Under the pieces are notes generated by a model, which was not told the origin of the DNA, did no database searches, and saw nothing but the letters and a program-made list of their open reading frames with translations. DNA of 64,000 bases, from the NCBI GenBank assembly GCA_965198005.1, contig CBDAOI010000004.1, positions 960,001 to 1,024,000 of the forward strand, written 5' to 3'. Of this stretch, positions 21,601-33,000 are shown in pieces; the stretch's first letter is position 1, and each line of letters begins with the position of its first letter. The DNA comes from Spirochaetia bacterium. Lineage in GTDB: Bacteria > Spirochaetota > Spirochaetia > SZUA-6 > Bin103. Made by a program: the position numbers and the translations under genes.

Positions 21601-21781
21601 GAGGCCAGGTACAGGCGCGGCACCAGCACCTCCTGGCCGCCGACGGTGTGGCGCTCCAACCAGATGATGTTGCCGGACAGTGCGGCGATCTGGCTGGGGC
21701 TCAGGGCCACGCCGATGGTGAGCGCGAGGCTGCGGTAGGCATCGACGGCGTTGTCGTACAGCGCCTGCATCAGACTGCGGT
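18681..21781 (-). pseudogene. cdiA: Orphan cdiA 3' cassette A (FHA-2/DUF637-like arm, AENN, unassigned toxin tip with in-frame TGA at 18921-18923)
   Basis: ~2 kb near-identical to main cdiA 30890-32932; no signal peptide or TPS domain; the frame continues 79 codons past the TGA. Confidence 0.85.
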
Positions 21782-21832
21782 GGTCGTACCGGCCAGCTGG
21801 CCGAACGAAGGGTTCTGGTTACAGTCAGTAGG

Positions 21833-22098
21833 TCAAGTCGTGCGAGGCAAGAAAGTCAGAGCGTGAGACCGGTTGCTTCGTACCACTCGTCGAGATAGGA
21901 AAACGGTGTGTCTTTCCAACAGAACTTCAAAGCCTCGTCCTCTCTCATCGTCAGATCCTACTACCCAATTCTCGTCATTCCACTTCACAAGAAAACTCTG
22001 CCTCGTTTCCGAATGTATAGACACGCCGTTCCTCTCCAAGGCATAGCGTAACAACGACAACAGGTTGGGTTCATAGTACCTGTGTTTTTTTCCTGCAT
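21833..22098 (-). pseudogene. Putative immunity gene for the TNT remnant, frameshifted in an A7 run
   Basis: ATG at 22098; one added A restores MQEKKHRYYEPNLLSLLRY...WVVGSDDERG. Confidence 0.45.
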
Positions 22099-22114
22099 TC
22101 TGTCCTTCGTCCTG

Positions 22115-22260
22115 TTACTCGACGATGCGTATGAACCCCCGTTCAACTAATACGGCTACTCTCTTCGTGAATTGATACTGTATCCCCTCGCCCGCTTGTC
22201 CGAACCACGGAGCCGTTGTGCCCGCCTCGACCTCAAGCGGCTTCAGGATCTTGGTCCCAA
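22115..22260 (-). pseudogene. C-terminal remnant of a TNT (DUF4237)-type NADase toxin
   Basis: ILKPLEVEAGTTAPWFGQAGEGIQYQF...LVERGFI. Confidence 0.7.
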
Positions 22261-22674
22261 AATGGACATCTGGTCTGATCCGTCGTATTCGCCCCAAGTT
22301 GTTTGATATCGATGTAAAGGAGTTTCCGATCCCGTCATTTGTAGAGAAGAATGAATGGAACCGGATGTTCCCGACGTGGCGCCACCGAAATCCAGAAGTG
22401 CACGTTGAACCGAGTGACCTCATAAGCTTCGGCACGTGACCTTGCAACGTCCAATCGAGGACGGCCACGCGAGACCAACCTGAGATCCAGTTACAGAGAA
22501 GAGCGTTCGACGACGTATCTGAGTATAACGTCTCAATTCCAGGGACCGCGGCGCAACGCCGGCGGCTGCTTTGGCGGGATTTATCCCCCCGCAATCGAAC
22601 GATCTCGGGAACTGGACTGAGGCACGGGTAAACGCGATGAGGAATACTCAGAGATCGAGCCCGCGTCGTGACGG

Positions 22675-23042
22675 TGAGGAACGCGGCCGCCAGGATGTTG
22701 AGCACGAACGACGGCCCCAGGATCCGCTCCGGCTCGGGCACGTCGCCCCGGCCGATGCTCATCGCCGTGAGCACCCCCGAGCGGACGGTGATCCCGATGG
22801 TGAGCCAGATCATCACGAACAGAGTGATCTGCGACACCGTGACCGCCCGGATGGCGGCATCCGAGATCCGGCTCACCCAGAACGCGTCCACCAACTTTCT
22901 GAAGCCGCTCTGCGGGGAAACCACCGCGGGCGACGTCGAGCCTCGGGGGGCGGCGGCTGGCGAGTGCCGCAAGCGCGTTTCGTTCGACCGTGGCGCAGTC
23001 GCTCGCGCGCGTCAGGATGTCGGGCCTATCGAAGCTCTTTCC
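22675..23042 (-). repeat. Diverged second copy of the MATE 5' end plus upstream region (first copy ~15770-16255)
   Basis: LVDAFWVSRISDAAI.AVTVSQITLFVMI..TIGITV is repeated; gtttcgttcgaccgtggcgcagtcgctcg occurs at ~16180 and ~22977. Confidence 0.85.
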
Positions 23043-23588
23043 TTCCAGCGTCTTGCGGTTGGCTTGCAAGCTGTAGCCCAACTCATGCAAGAGCCGGTTC
23101 ACTGTCCGCTCGCTCACCGCATGACCTTGCGCCTGCCGTGCCGTCGCCAACCGCGCCGCGCTGCTGCAGTTCCACCGCAACGGTCCCACCGGATCCAGCG
23201 CAGGTCACCGGATCCACCAACCGCTGCAGGGCCTTATTGCTCCAAGTCTCGGGTCGTGCGCCGTCAACCGCTTGCGGTCCGCGCCACGCCGCCGCACCCG
23301 CCCGGGGTCGTCCTCCGCGGCTGACGCTTCATGCGCGGTGAGTTCTTGCACACCGGCGCGAGTGGTAGTGCGCGACATCCCGGTGGCGGCCGCCACACGC
23401 GCGATCCCATCCCGCCGTGCCCGATCCCGCGTGCTTCGACTGTCGCCCAGCGGCGGCGTAAGCGTTCGTCGAACAATGGATCAAGGGCTACGAACTTGGC
23501 CTTTACCGCTTCAGTGAGGGCGGCGTCCATTCGGACATCAGTATACCACTCACATCAATCTATGACCGTACCATTTTGGCGAGCGACC
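23040..23588 (-). mobile_element. ISAzo13-family transposase remnant (frameshifted, truncated)
   Basis: LDPLFDERLRRRWA..EA..IGHGG, GPLRW, LLHELGYSLQANRKTLEG. Confidence 0.85.
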
Positions 23589-24058
23589 TAAGCGATTCCC
23601 ATTTGGCGGTAAATATCTCGGACCTCCTGGTCGATCAGGGCAGCTCTGTCGGAGGATGACAGTGAGTTCCATTCCACGTGAGTTACGTTCTCAATCTCGC
23701 TAGCTACGGGAGGATAGACCGACAACCAGGATTTCATATTGCGAGACGAACACGCCGGGCACGTCGGCCACATAACTATATGTAACCTCCTGTCATCACG
23801 CGCACGATCACATGCACAACCGAATACTCCGTGAACGACGTCAGCTGTCTTACGATCATCTGTTGCGGCAAGCAATGGATGATTGTGAACAAGAGTTCTC
23901 ACTTCGTGAAATACATCACTTGTAAGCGCGTCCAAGTACATTTCCACACCCGTCTCGGTTCGCAACACAAACTGACCATAGCTCAGCTCAGGTACACCGG
24001 ATGCGATGAACTTGGCGCAACAATCAGCGCAAGTGAATCTGTACAGAATAGCACTCAT
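23588..24058 (-). CDS. Putative immunity protein (two CxxC motifs) for the RES toxin
   Basis: ATGA overlap with the corrected RES toxin stop; CADC and CPAC; low GC. Confidence 0.65.
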   Translation of the reverse strand: MSAILYRFTCADCCAKFIASGVPELSYGQFVLRTETGVEMYLDALTSDVFHEVRTLVHNHPLLAATDDRKTADVVHGVFGCACDRARDDRRLHIVMWPTCPACSSRNMKSWLSVYPPVASEIENVTHVEWNSLSSSDRAALIDQEVRDIYRQMGIA

Positions 24059-25040
24059 AGCGTCGGCACAACCATTTGAGGCGTGAGCAGTGCATCGAAG
24101 TTGGAGAGACCGCGTAGTTGGTTCCCGGTCCACGTACCGAAGGATACTTGATAACGTGGCATCCGGCCTCAGCAGCCATGCTACCAATCGCTCGGGTGGC
24201 TGCATCCGCTTCCCCTCCGGCGTAGCCCCATTGCCTGGCAACGGAAGGATCTGTGAGATCAAGGATCCTTGCGTTGGACAAGTCCAAGTCGTAGCGGATG
24301 GTATGAGTTCCCGAGGCACCATGGTGGGAAATTTCTCCGAGTGTCGTACCAGAGTCGTCAGACATGTAGAACGCTTTTCCGAATCGACTCTCCCTGGAAA
24401 AGAAATCCGGATCGATTCCTCCAAGCACCCCCTGTGCGTTTTCAGGACTCGTGACAGTGTGAAACGTTGAGGCGACGTTGTCAAGGCCCTTCTTGCGCAG
24501 GACCTTGGTGATTTCTTATACGATCTTCTTGGCGAGGACACTGCCGGGGATGACGTTGCCGGCCGTCAGTTCCAAACTGATGGAGATCGCAAGATCGGTG
24601 GCCAGCTCCGTAGCAAGCTCCTGGTCGCCGCTCATGGTGGCTTCGGCCAGCCGGCCACGATCCCGGACTGGTTGGCGAACAGGGCGCCGGCGATGACGCC
24701 GGAGTTGATCACGTGGGCGGCGTTGATGATGGTAGTGCTACCAGTGAATGCGGGCGCTGCCGAGGTCGCTGTCAAGGGTGGGGGACGCCAGGTAGCGGCG
24801 CGGCACCAGCACCTCCTGGCCGCCGACGGTGTGGCGCTCCAGCCAGATGATGTCGCCGGACAGGGTGGCGATCTGGCTGGGGCTCAGGGCCACGCCGATC
24901 GTGAGGGACAGGCTGCGGTAGGCCCGACGGCGTTGTCGTAGAGTGCCTGCATCAGACTGCGGTGGTCTTACGCGCCGCCGACGTAGGAGTCGCCCAGGCG
25001 GTTGAGAATGTGGTCCGTGTGCAGCAGCCCGACCCTGAAT
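24055..25040 (-). pseudogene. Degraded orphan cdiA cassette C with RES-domain toxin tip
   Basis: SRFGKAFY...TLGE...ILDLTD...IKYPSVRGPGTNYAV; preceded by a copy of the main CT N-terminal part and FHA-2 fragments; in-frame TAA and frameshift at ~24110. Confidence 0.75.
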
Positions 25041-25124
25041 CACCAAGTAGTCAAGGTTGGAGCGGGAGGATCTTCCCGGCTATGGTCAGAGGATCGTGCT
25101 GTCCAGATTACTTCAGAGATCCGT

Positions 25125-25475
25125 CTACTTGAGGAGAATGTGAGGCTTTGCGATACCCTCATCAACGTCGATCTCATACTCAATGCCATTGAAGTTATAC
25201 GCGTATACTCTACTTTCACGACAGTACAAGTTAGTGAACGTTGAGTTTGGAGATGGACTATATCGGATCTGCCACACTACACGTCGATCCCGACTCAATC
25301 TGTACAGATTCCGCACTATGCACTCCTCCGGATATCCATATGGATCGTCCAAATAATGTAGAATGACTAATCTTCCGCCATCATCGAGACGGATTTCGTA
25401 AGATATCTTCGAATCGTTAAAACACATTTTATGCTCCAAGGGGGGGATTGATGGCTTTCTCTTAGAAGTAAACAC
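25125..25475 (-). CDS. Hypothetical protein, orphan immunity candidate
   Basis: Low-GC 116-aa ORF within the cassette array; RNLY...VVWQI...YEIDVDEG pattern. Confidence 0.5.
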   Translation of the reverse strand: MFTSKRKPSIPPLEHKMCFNDSKISYEIRLDDGGRLVILHYLDDPYGYPEECIVRNLYRLSRDRRVVWQIRYSPSPNSTFTNLYCRESRVYAYNFNGIEYEIDVDEGIAKPHILLK

Positions 25476-25759
25476 GACGTATGATATTCTATGAGTCGAC
25501 AGTTGACAAGTTGACGGACGTAACCGACATAATCACTACAACATTCGCGTAGTGTGGTCAAACCAGTCTGACGCGACTCTATGGCGATTGGGCTAACACG
25601 CTTGTAAACATCCGGTTCACGGGTATCTTTGGGGGCAGTTGTTGAGTAACCGCCCTGAACGGTAACCACTGTCACTCAAGTTTCGACTGGACGCACCTGA
25701 GGGAACTGCGGCTCGGCCAGTCGGCACAGTGACGGGGATCGGGCGGGGAACGCTGTGGG

Positions 25760-26120
25760 ACGGTCCTGCGGGGCTCAACAGTCTGCGCAAGCATTGGTCA
25801 GGGCTGACCCGGTTCGTCGCCCAGCAGGACCACCCGATGGACAACAATCAGGCTGAACGCGCGTTGCGTGGGCCGGTGGCGGGGCGCAAGAACTACTACG
25901 GCTCGGGGGCAACCTGGAGCGGTGATTTCAGCAGCGCCACGCTGTTCAGCCTGCTCCACACGCTCGACCTGTGGGAGCTTACGCGCGCACTTGCCTGACC
26001 GAGTAGCTCACCGTATGCGCTCGCCGCTGGCGGTCGGGTGCCGAAGGACTTTGAGCGCTTCCTGCCTGTCCTCAAACCACCCCGCGCCGCAAGCAACGCG
26101 CGCCCCGCCACCGGATGCTT
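25760..26120 (+). mobile_element. IS66-family transposase C-terminal remnant
   Basis: HWSGLTRF...PMDNNQAERALRGPVAGRKNYYGSG. Confidence 0.85.
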
Positions 26121-26149
26121 GAGCTTAAGCGGCGCGCTCCCTGACGGTG

Positions 26150-26430
26150 GTGCGCTACTGCGGACGCACCTTCAGCCTGCAGGAGTTGGAGCTGATCCGC
26201 AGCCTCGTCCGGTAGCGGCGCCAATAGGCCAGCCGTGTTCGCCAAGCCGCTGAGCGATCCACGGCCGAGGATCCGGGCCGCCATCGGCTGGCCCTGTCGC
26301 GGCTGGTCTGCGAACACCTCGACTGGCGGCGCCCGAACGGGGAGTTGAAGGATATGAGTTGCCGGGTCGCCATGCCGCGCATGCACCCGCGACGGCCTGA
26401 TCCAACTACCCCCACGGCAGCAGGCCTGCT
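26150..26430 (+). pseudogene. DUF4338-like gene N-terminal remnant
   Basis: VRYCGRTFS..EL.LIR and LSRLVCEHLDWRRPNGELKDMSCRVAM across frameshifts. Confidence 0.55.
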
Positions 26431-26712
26431 ACAACGGCCGCCTGCGGGTGCGCCGCACGCCGCAGGCAGAACCACAGTTGCCGATCGTCGGAAGCGTCCA
26501 AGGGCTGTCCGAACTGCACCCGCGCTCAGTCGGCTACGCTATACCGCGTGGGATTGGTTACCTACAGGGTGGCTACGTGAGGTTTTCTGATGCCTGTTTC
26601 ATATCTTCCCCCTGCGCCAAGCTCGGCCTGGCGCGACGAATATTTGACTTGGGGATAGGTTCTTCTGACGACTATAATCAATTCGCCGGTGGAGTCGCTA
26701 CGTGGATAATCA

Positions 26713-29463
26713 CTACAACGGACTCGAAGGACCAAAGGCGGAGTCTGGAAGCCGTCCCACAGCGTAATACTGGATGCCCCCGCTGTTAGAGACGCCCCAC
26801 TGCGGCTGAGCACCTACCCGACCCATCTGAAGCGTAGTGCCCGGTGGAACAGTTACGGATTGGATTTGGGTCGGAACTTGCGGTAGCGCGAGACGCTGCT
26901 GAATTTGTGCGGGCGTCATTCCGACTACTTCATCCCGTCTAACAAGCCAGCCACCGCGAGGATTACTGTCTATGTGTACGCGAACGAAATCTAAGTCTGA
27001 GGCGGCTTCGAACTGTGTAACAACGGTCCCATGTGCAAACGGTGGTGACTGTCCTTGGGATACGAAGAAAGCGTTTGCGTCTGCTGCACTTATGTTTCTG
27101 ATGTCACGTATTTGGTTAGTCGGAATAGGGTTCGTGTGGAAGGACGTGGCAACTTCGGTGAGGCTATTCGAAGTCGTCGGTGTGTCTCCGACATCGGGGA
27201 GCTTGGCCGTGGGCTTGAGCGCTCTCAGGGTCTTAACGGATGCTCCAGGAATGAATAGGGATACGATTTGACTGCCGCCCTTCAGCCGGTCCTGGGTCTC
27301 AGGGTCAAGCTCGTTCCAGAGGCGCGATACGGTGCTCCCAGTGACTTCATCCAGAAATGTCACCGTGACGTCGATGGCAGCGCTGATCTCCTCCAAGTCG
27401 TCTAGGAGATCCGCGGTCGCCTGCGGGAACAGTGCGTAAGACAGGGTGACGGCTCCCTCGATTCCTGCCGATAGCGCTTTGCTCAAGGGATCTTCGCCGC
27501 GCCCGATCACACCTAGCGAGGCGCCGACGTTCTCGAGTACCACCTGCGCGAAGAACGCGGGGGCAATCACGGCGGTCGCCTGCATGCAGGCCAGGGTGCA
27601 GGCCTCGCCCGCGGCGATCAGCGCTGTGACGTGCTCGACTAATCTCTCCCGGAACTGGGCAACAACAGAGGAGAGCTCGTTGTATTGCGCAGCGTTCGCG
27701 CCTGCTTGCGCAGCCGCGTTCACGTCAAGCCCGGCCAACGCCGCGGTGAATCCGCTGGTCAGGCGCGCGATGTCCACGCCGGCAGCGAGCATTTGGTCGA
27801 GGTCCTGCAGGAATTCCTCCGGATCAACCTCTCCCGCAAGGACATCCTCCAACCGCTCGGTGGACCACTGCTCGATGTGCTCGGTGTAGATCATCGCGGT
27901 GGCTTCGCCGATGACGGCGCCGGCGGCGGCGGAGGGGCAGTCGTCGGCGGCGAGCAGGCCGGTGGCGCAGCCGAGGGCGGCGTGGGCGATCAACTGGCCG
28001 GCGGTGTCGAGGTCGCCGTTGTCGACTGCGGCGCCGATCTCCTGGGCGAGGTTCTCGCCGAGCACGCCGGCGGCCTCGGCGCGTAGCGAGGACAGCAGCG
28101 CGTCGCCCAGCTCTTCGCCTTCGATCAGGGTCGACACGCCGGTGTCCACCGCGGTGCTGATCAGACTCTGCTGCAGGTCCTCCGCCACCCGCTCCGCCAG
28201 CGGCGCGGTGCTCACCAGCTCGCCGCCCAGCCCTGCCGCCGCCGTCAGCCCGGTGGTCAGCCCCGCGGTCAGCATCGCCGTACCCAACGTGGTCAGGGTC
28301 TCCAGCGCGGCAAGCTGCTGCAGCGTCGCGCCGATGTCCCCCAGGTTGTTCACCAGCAGCACCGCGGCTCGGTTTACCAGCGAGGTAAGCCCCGCCTGGA
28401 TCGCACCCTGGACCCCCGCCTGTAGCGCAACGTTGGCCCCCAGCGACAGCGCGTTGGTGATGCTCGCGGCCGCCCCCGAGAGCGTGCCGCCGGTGGCCAC
28501 CCCCACGATCAGGCTCACCAGCGCCGCGCCGGTTGCCGTCAGCCCTTGCGACTCGTAGTCCCACTCCTCGAAGGCGGCATCGAGGCCGTTCCAGTCGACG
28601 CTCGGGTCGTCGCGCAGTTGCTGCATCCAGGCCAGCTCCGGGGACTGCACCAACCGGTCCAGCGACTCCTGCTGACTGCCGACGCGTTCGTACTCCACCA
28701 CCACGCCGTCGCCGGCGACGATGGTCAGTTCGCCCTCCTGCTCGATGGTTACGTGCTCGATGCTCTCTTCGTTGTGCCCCTGGTCCTCCTCGGTGAACCA
28801 CAGCAGCCCCTCGTCGCGCTCGAAGTCCCGCTCGACGGACTGGTCGGTGTTGCTGAGCAACGCCACCGTGCCCTGCTCGGCCGACAGCAGGATGTCGCCG
28901 GCGCTGTCCAGGCTTACCGTGTCGAGCGTGAGGTCGCCGCTGCCCGAGACGATGGTGAGGTCGCCGCCGGCGTCGATGGTGGTGCGTTGGGTGTCGAGTT
29001 CGAAGTCCAGTTCATGGGTGTTGGTGCCGGTGCGGAACATGCCCAGGAACCCGCCGCTCTCGGTCTGCATCTGGTATTCGTCGTGCTGGAAGTCCTGGAC
29101 CGACTCGATGGTGGTATCGCCCAACGCGAACAGGGTGGCGTCGGCGCCGGCGGTGAGCTCGGCCCCTTGCAGGGTGAGGTCGCCGCCGGCGAGCATGGTC
29201 AGATCGCCGCCGGCGTCGAGGGTCGCCAGTTGGTTGATCAGGGCGCTGCTGTGCTCGAACCCGCCGTCGAACTCGAAGTCGTGCTCGCTGGCAAGCTGCA
29301 GTGCCAGGATGGAGATGTCGCCGCCGGCCAGCAGCGTCATCTCGTCACCCGCACCGAACAAGCCGCCGATCGACTGAATGAAGCTGTCTGCGTCCAGGTG
29401 CAGGCTGCCGCCGGCGGTGATCTGGGCCACCTGCAGCATCTGGTCGGCGAACCCGCCGTCGAA
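26713..29463 (-). pseudogene. cdiA: Orphan cdiA 3' cassette B with intact ART/TNT-fold-like toxin tip
   Basis: ~1.55 kb near-identical to main cdiA; AQYN in place of AENN; tip FVRVH...GGW...LALP...VPPGT...GGIQY. Confidence 0.85.
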
Positions 29464-29718
29464 CGCTTCAGAATGACCGGTAGATCCATAATGATTCGAT
29501 GCTCTAATCTAAAGACTCTTGAGATCGCGCGAGGTTGTGTAGATCATCAGGACTTTAGAACTGCCTATTCTTTGTTCGTCGCTCGGGCAGGGGGCGATCT
29601 CGAAGGCGTGGGTAGTCGTACGGGTACGTGAGTTAGTTAGAGTTAGGTGCCGGAACTACTAGTAGTGGAGCTATGAATGCAGATCATCTATGAATATAGA
29701 ATCACGAGCCGAGAACCC

Positions 29719-30060
29719 CTAGGTTCCTCTGGAACTGCGGTTTAGCTTATCTATCACGCGGAGAAGCTTCTTGACTTGGTACTTTGCCTCATGATCAGTC
29801 CTGTTCTTCGCTGCTTCGAGCGCTCGCTCGACCGGTGCTCGCAAGGAGACAATGTGTCTTTCCCTAATCAGGAAAGTGGCAAGAAATCTCAGGTCTTCGT
29901 CATCAGAGGTCATCCACTCTCCGAGTATCTCGTGTACATCGGACCGATCTTCATCAGCGAGGCGGTCGTACACGTCCACGATCTCAAACGGTATTGCTCT
30001 CGGTCCCCAAGTGACACGTTTCGTTTCACTTAACCAATAAGCTCGAATGTCATCTTTCAT
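29719..30060 (-). CDS. cdiI: CdiI immunity protein for the main CdiA toxin
   Basis: 113-aa low-GC ORF with ATGA overlap to the cdiA stop. Confidence 0.75.
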   Translation of the reverse strand: MKDDIRAYWLSETKRVTWGPRAIPFEIVDVYDRLADEDRSDVHEILGEWMTSDDEDLRFLATFLIRERHIVSLRAPVERALEAAKNRTDHEAKYQVKKLLRVIDKLNRSSRGT

Positions 30061-33000
30061 GGTATGGGAATTATCTCCAGATATTCTGGCGGGATTTCGT
30101 ACGGGAACTGGATCTCATAGCCGCCACCAGGCATCTGATAAACTCTCCCATCCCCGGTCGGTACAGTGCCCGAGACGCGCTTCGGAGCGGGAATCTCGTA
30201 GCCGGCTTGGCGTAAGCCATCAAGATCGATTCGTATCTTCATATTGGGCGCATCCCTGGTCGGCGGCAGAGCGAGCTCTAGTTGAGCCTGTAGCGGACTG
30301 AGATCACCTATAGGCGTGGCATACGTACCTCTGCGTAGTCCATCTTCCATTATACTATCACGCCATTTCGAAGACGTGTAGTGATACGCCGAGCTTGGGT
30401 CGGAGTGGGTTGCCACGTTTGTGAAGACGTCCGAAACGTCGTCAAGGCCCTTCTTCCGCAGGACCTTGGTGATCTTCTGAACGATCTTCTTGGCGAGGAC
30501 ACTGCCGGGGATGATGTTGCCGGCGGTCAGCTCCAGGCTGACCGAGATCGCAAGATCGGTGGCCAGCTCGGTAGCGAGCTCCTGGTCGCCACTCATTGTG
30601 GCTTCGGCCAGCTTGGCTGCGTCGTGTGCCAGCAGGGCCTTGTCGATTGCCTCCAGGGTTCCGATGAGGATCGGAATGAGGATGAAGACGTTGTTCTCGG
30701 CGGCGTTGGCGCCTGCCTGGGCAGCGACTTCGGCGTCGCCGCCGGCCAAGCCCACCGCAAAGCCGCTGGCCAGCCGCGCCAGATCGACACCAGCGTCCCT
30801 CATGTCCGCCAACTGGTCGGTGATCTCGTCTATCGAGAGGGTGCCCGTTTGGCCGTCGTCCAGCCAGCCGTCGATCTGCTGCTCGTAGAGGAGTGCGGTG
30901 GCTTCGCCGATGACGGCGCCGGCGGCGGCGGAGGGGCAGTCGTCGGCGGCGAGCAGGCCGGTGGCGCAGCCGAGGGCGGCGTGGGCGATCAACTGGCCGG
31001 CGGTGTCGAGGTCGCCGTTGTCGACTGCGGCGCCGATCTCCTGGGCGAGGTTCTCGCCGAGTACGCCGGCGGCCTCGGCGCGCAGCGAGGACAGCAGCGC
31101 GTCGCCCAGCTCTTCGCCTTCGATGAGGGTCGACACGCCGGTGTCGACGGCGGTGCCGATCAACCCCTGCTGCAGGTCCTCCGCCACCCGGTCCGCCAGC
31201 GGCGCCGTGCTCACCAGCTCGCCGCCCAGCCCCGCCGCCTCGGTCAGCCCGGTGGTCAGCCCTGCGGTCAGCATCGCCGTACCCAACGTGGTCAGGGTCT
31301 CCAGCGAGGCAAGCTGCTGCAGCGTCGCGCCGATGTCCCCCAGGTTGTTCACCAGCAGTACGGCAGCTCGGTTTACCAGCGAGGTAAGCCCTGCCTGGAT
31401 CGCACTCTGCACCCCCGCCTGTAGCGCAACGTTGGCCCCCAGCGACAGCGCGTTGGTGATGCTTGCCGCCGCCCCCGAGAGCGTGCCGCCGGTGGCCACC
31501 CCCACGATCAGGCTGACCAGCGCCGCGCCGGTCGGGGTGAGCCCCTGGGTCTGGTAGTCCCACTCTTCGAAGGCGGCATCAAGGCCGTTCCAGTCGACGT
31601 TCGGGTCGTCCCGCAGTTGCTGCATCCACGCCAGCTCGGGGGTCTGCACCAACTGGTCCAGCGACTCCTGCTGACTGCCGACGCGTTCGTACTCCACCAC
31701 CACGCCGTCGCCGGCGACGATGGTCAGCTCGCCGCCCTGCTCGATGGTTACGTGCTCGATGCTCTCTTCGTTGTGCCCCTGGTCCTCCTCGGTGAACCAC
31801 AGCACACCCTGGTCGTGTTCGTACTCCTGCTCGCTGGACTGGTCGGTGTTGCTCAGCAGCGCCACCGTGCCCTGCTCGGCGGACAGGAGGATGTCGCCGC
31901 CGCTGCCCAGATCCACCGCGTCAAGGGTGAGGTCGCCGGTGCCTGAGGCGATGGTGAGGTCGCCGCCGGCGCTGATGGTGGTGGCAAGGGTATCGAGCTC
32001 GACGTCCATCTCGTGGATGCTGGTGCCGGTGCTGAACAGGCCCAGGAAGCCACCGCTTTCGGTGTCGAGTTGGTATTCGTCGTGCTGGAAGTCCTGGACC
32101 GACTCGATGGTGGTATCGCCCAAGGCGAACAGGGTGGCGTCGGCGCCGGCGGTCAATTCGCCTCCCTGGATGGTGAGGTCCCCGCCGGCGAGCATGGTCA
32201 GATCGCCGCCGGCGTCGAGGGTCGCCAATTGGTTGATCAGGGCGCTGCTGTGCTCGAACCCGCCGTCGAACTCGAAGTCGTGCTCGTTGGCAAGCTGCAG
32301 TGCCAGGATGGAGATGTCGTCGCCGGCCAGCAGCGTCATCTCCTCGCCCGATTCGAAAACCCCGCCGATTGATTGAATGAAGCCGGCCGCGTCCAGGTGC
32401 AGGCTGCCGCCCGCGGTGATCTGCGCCACCTGCAGCATCTGGTCCGCGAACCCGCCGGCGAATTCGATGCGCTCCGACAAGGTCTCGTTGAGGATCGCTC
32501 CCGCCTGGATACCGACGTCGCCGCCGCCGAAAACGATGCCCGACTGGTTGGCGAACAGTCCGCCGGCGTCAATGCCGATGTCACCCCCGGAGAGCAGGCT
32601 GCCGCCGATGTTGAGCAGGTCGCCGGCGGTGCTGATGGCGAGCGCGTCGGTGCCGGCGATGAGGCCGGAGTTGATGACGTGGGCGGCGTTGATGATGGTG
32701 GTGCTGCCGGTGATGCTGGCGCTGCCGAGGTCGAGGCTGTCGAGGGTGGAGGAGGCCAGGTACAGGCGCGGCACCAGCACCTCCTGGCCGCCGACGGTGT
32801 GGCGCTCCAACCAGATGATGTTGCCGGACAGTGCGGCGATCTGGCTGGGGCTCAGGGCCACGCCGATGGTGAGCGCGAGGCTGCGGTAGGCATCGACGGC
32901 GTTGTCGTACAGCGCCTGCATCAGACTGCGGTAGTCCTGCGCGCCGCCGACGTAGCGCCGGCCGGTGAGGTCGAAGATCTGGTCCTGGATCAGCCGCGTC

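Noticed and set aside
22115-22972. MATE-TNT fusion ORF
   Set aside because: Accidental open frame across a duplicated MATE fragment and a toxin remnant
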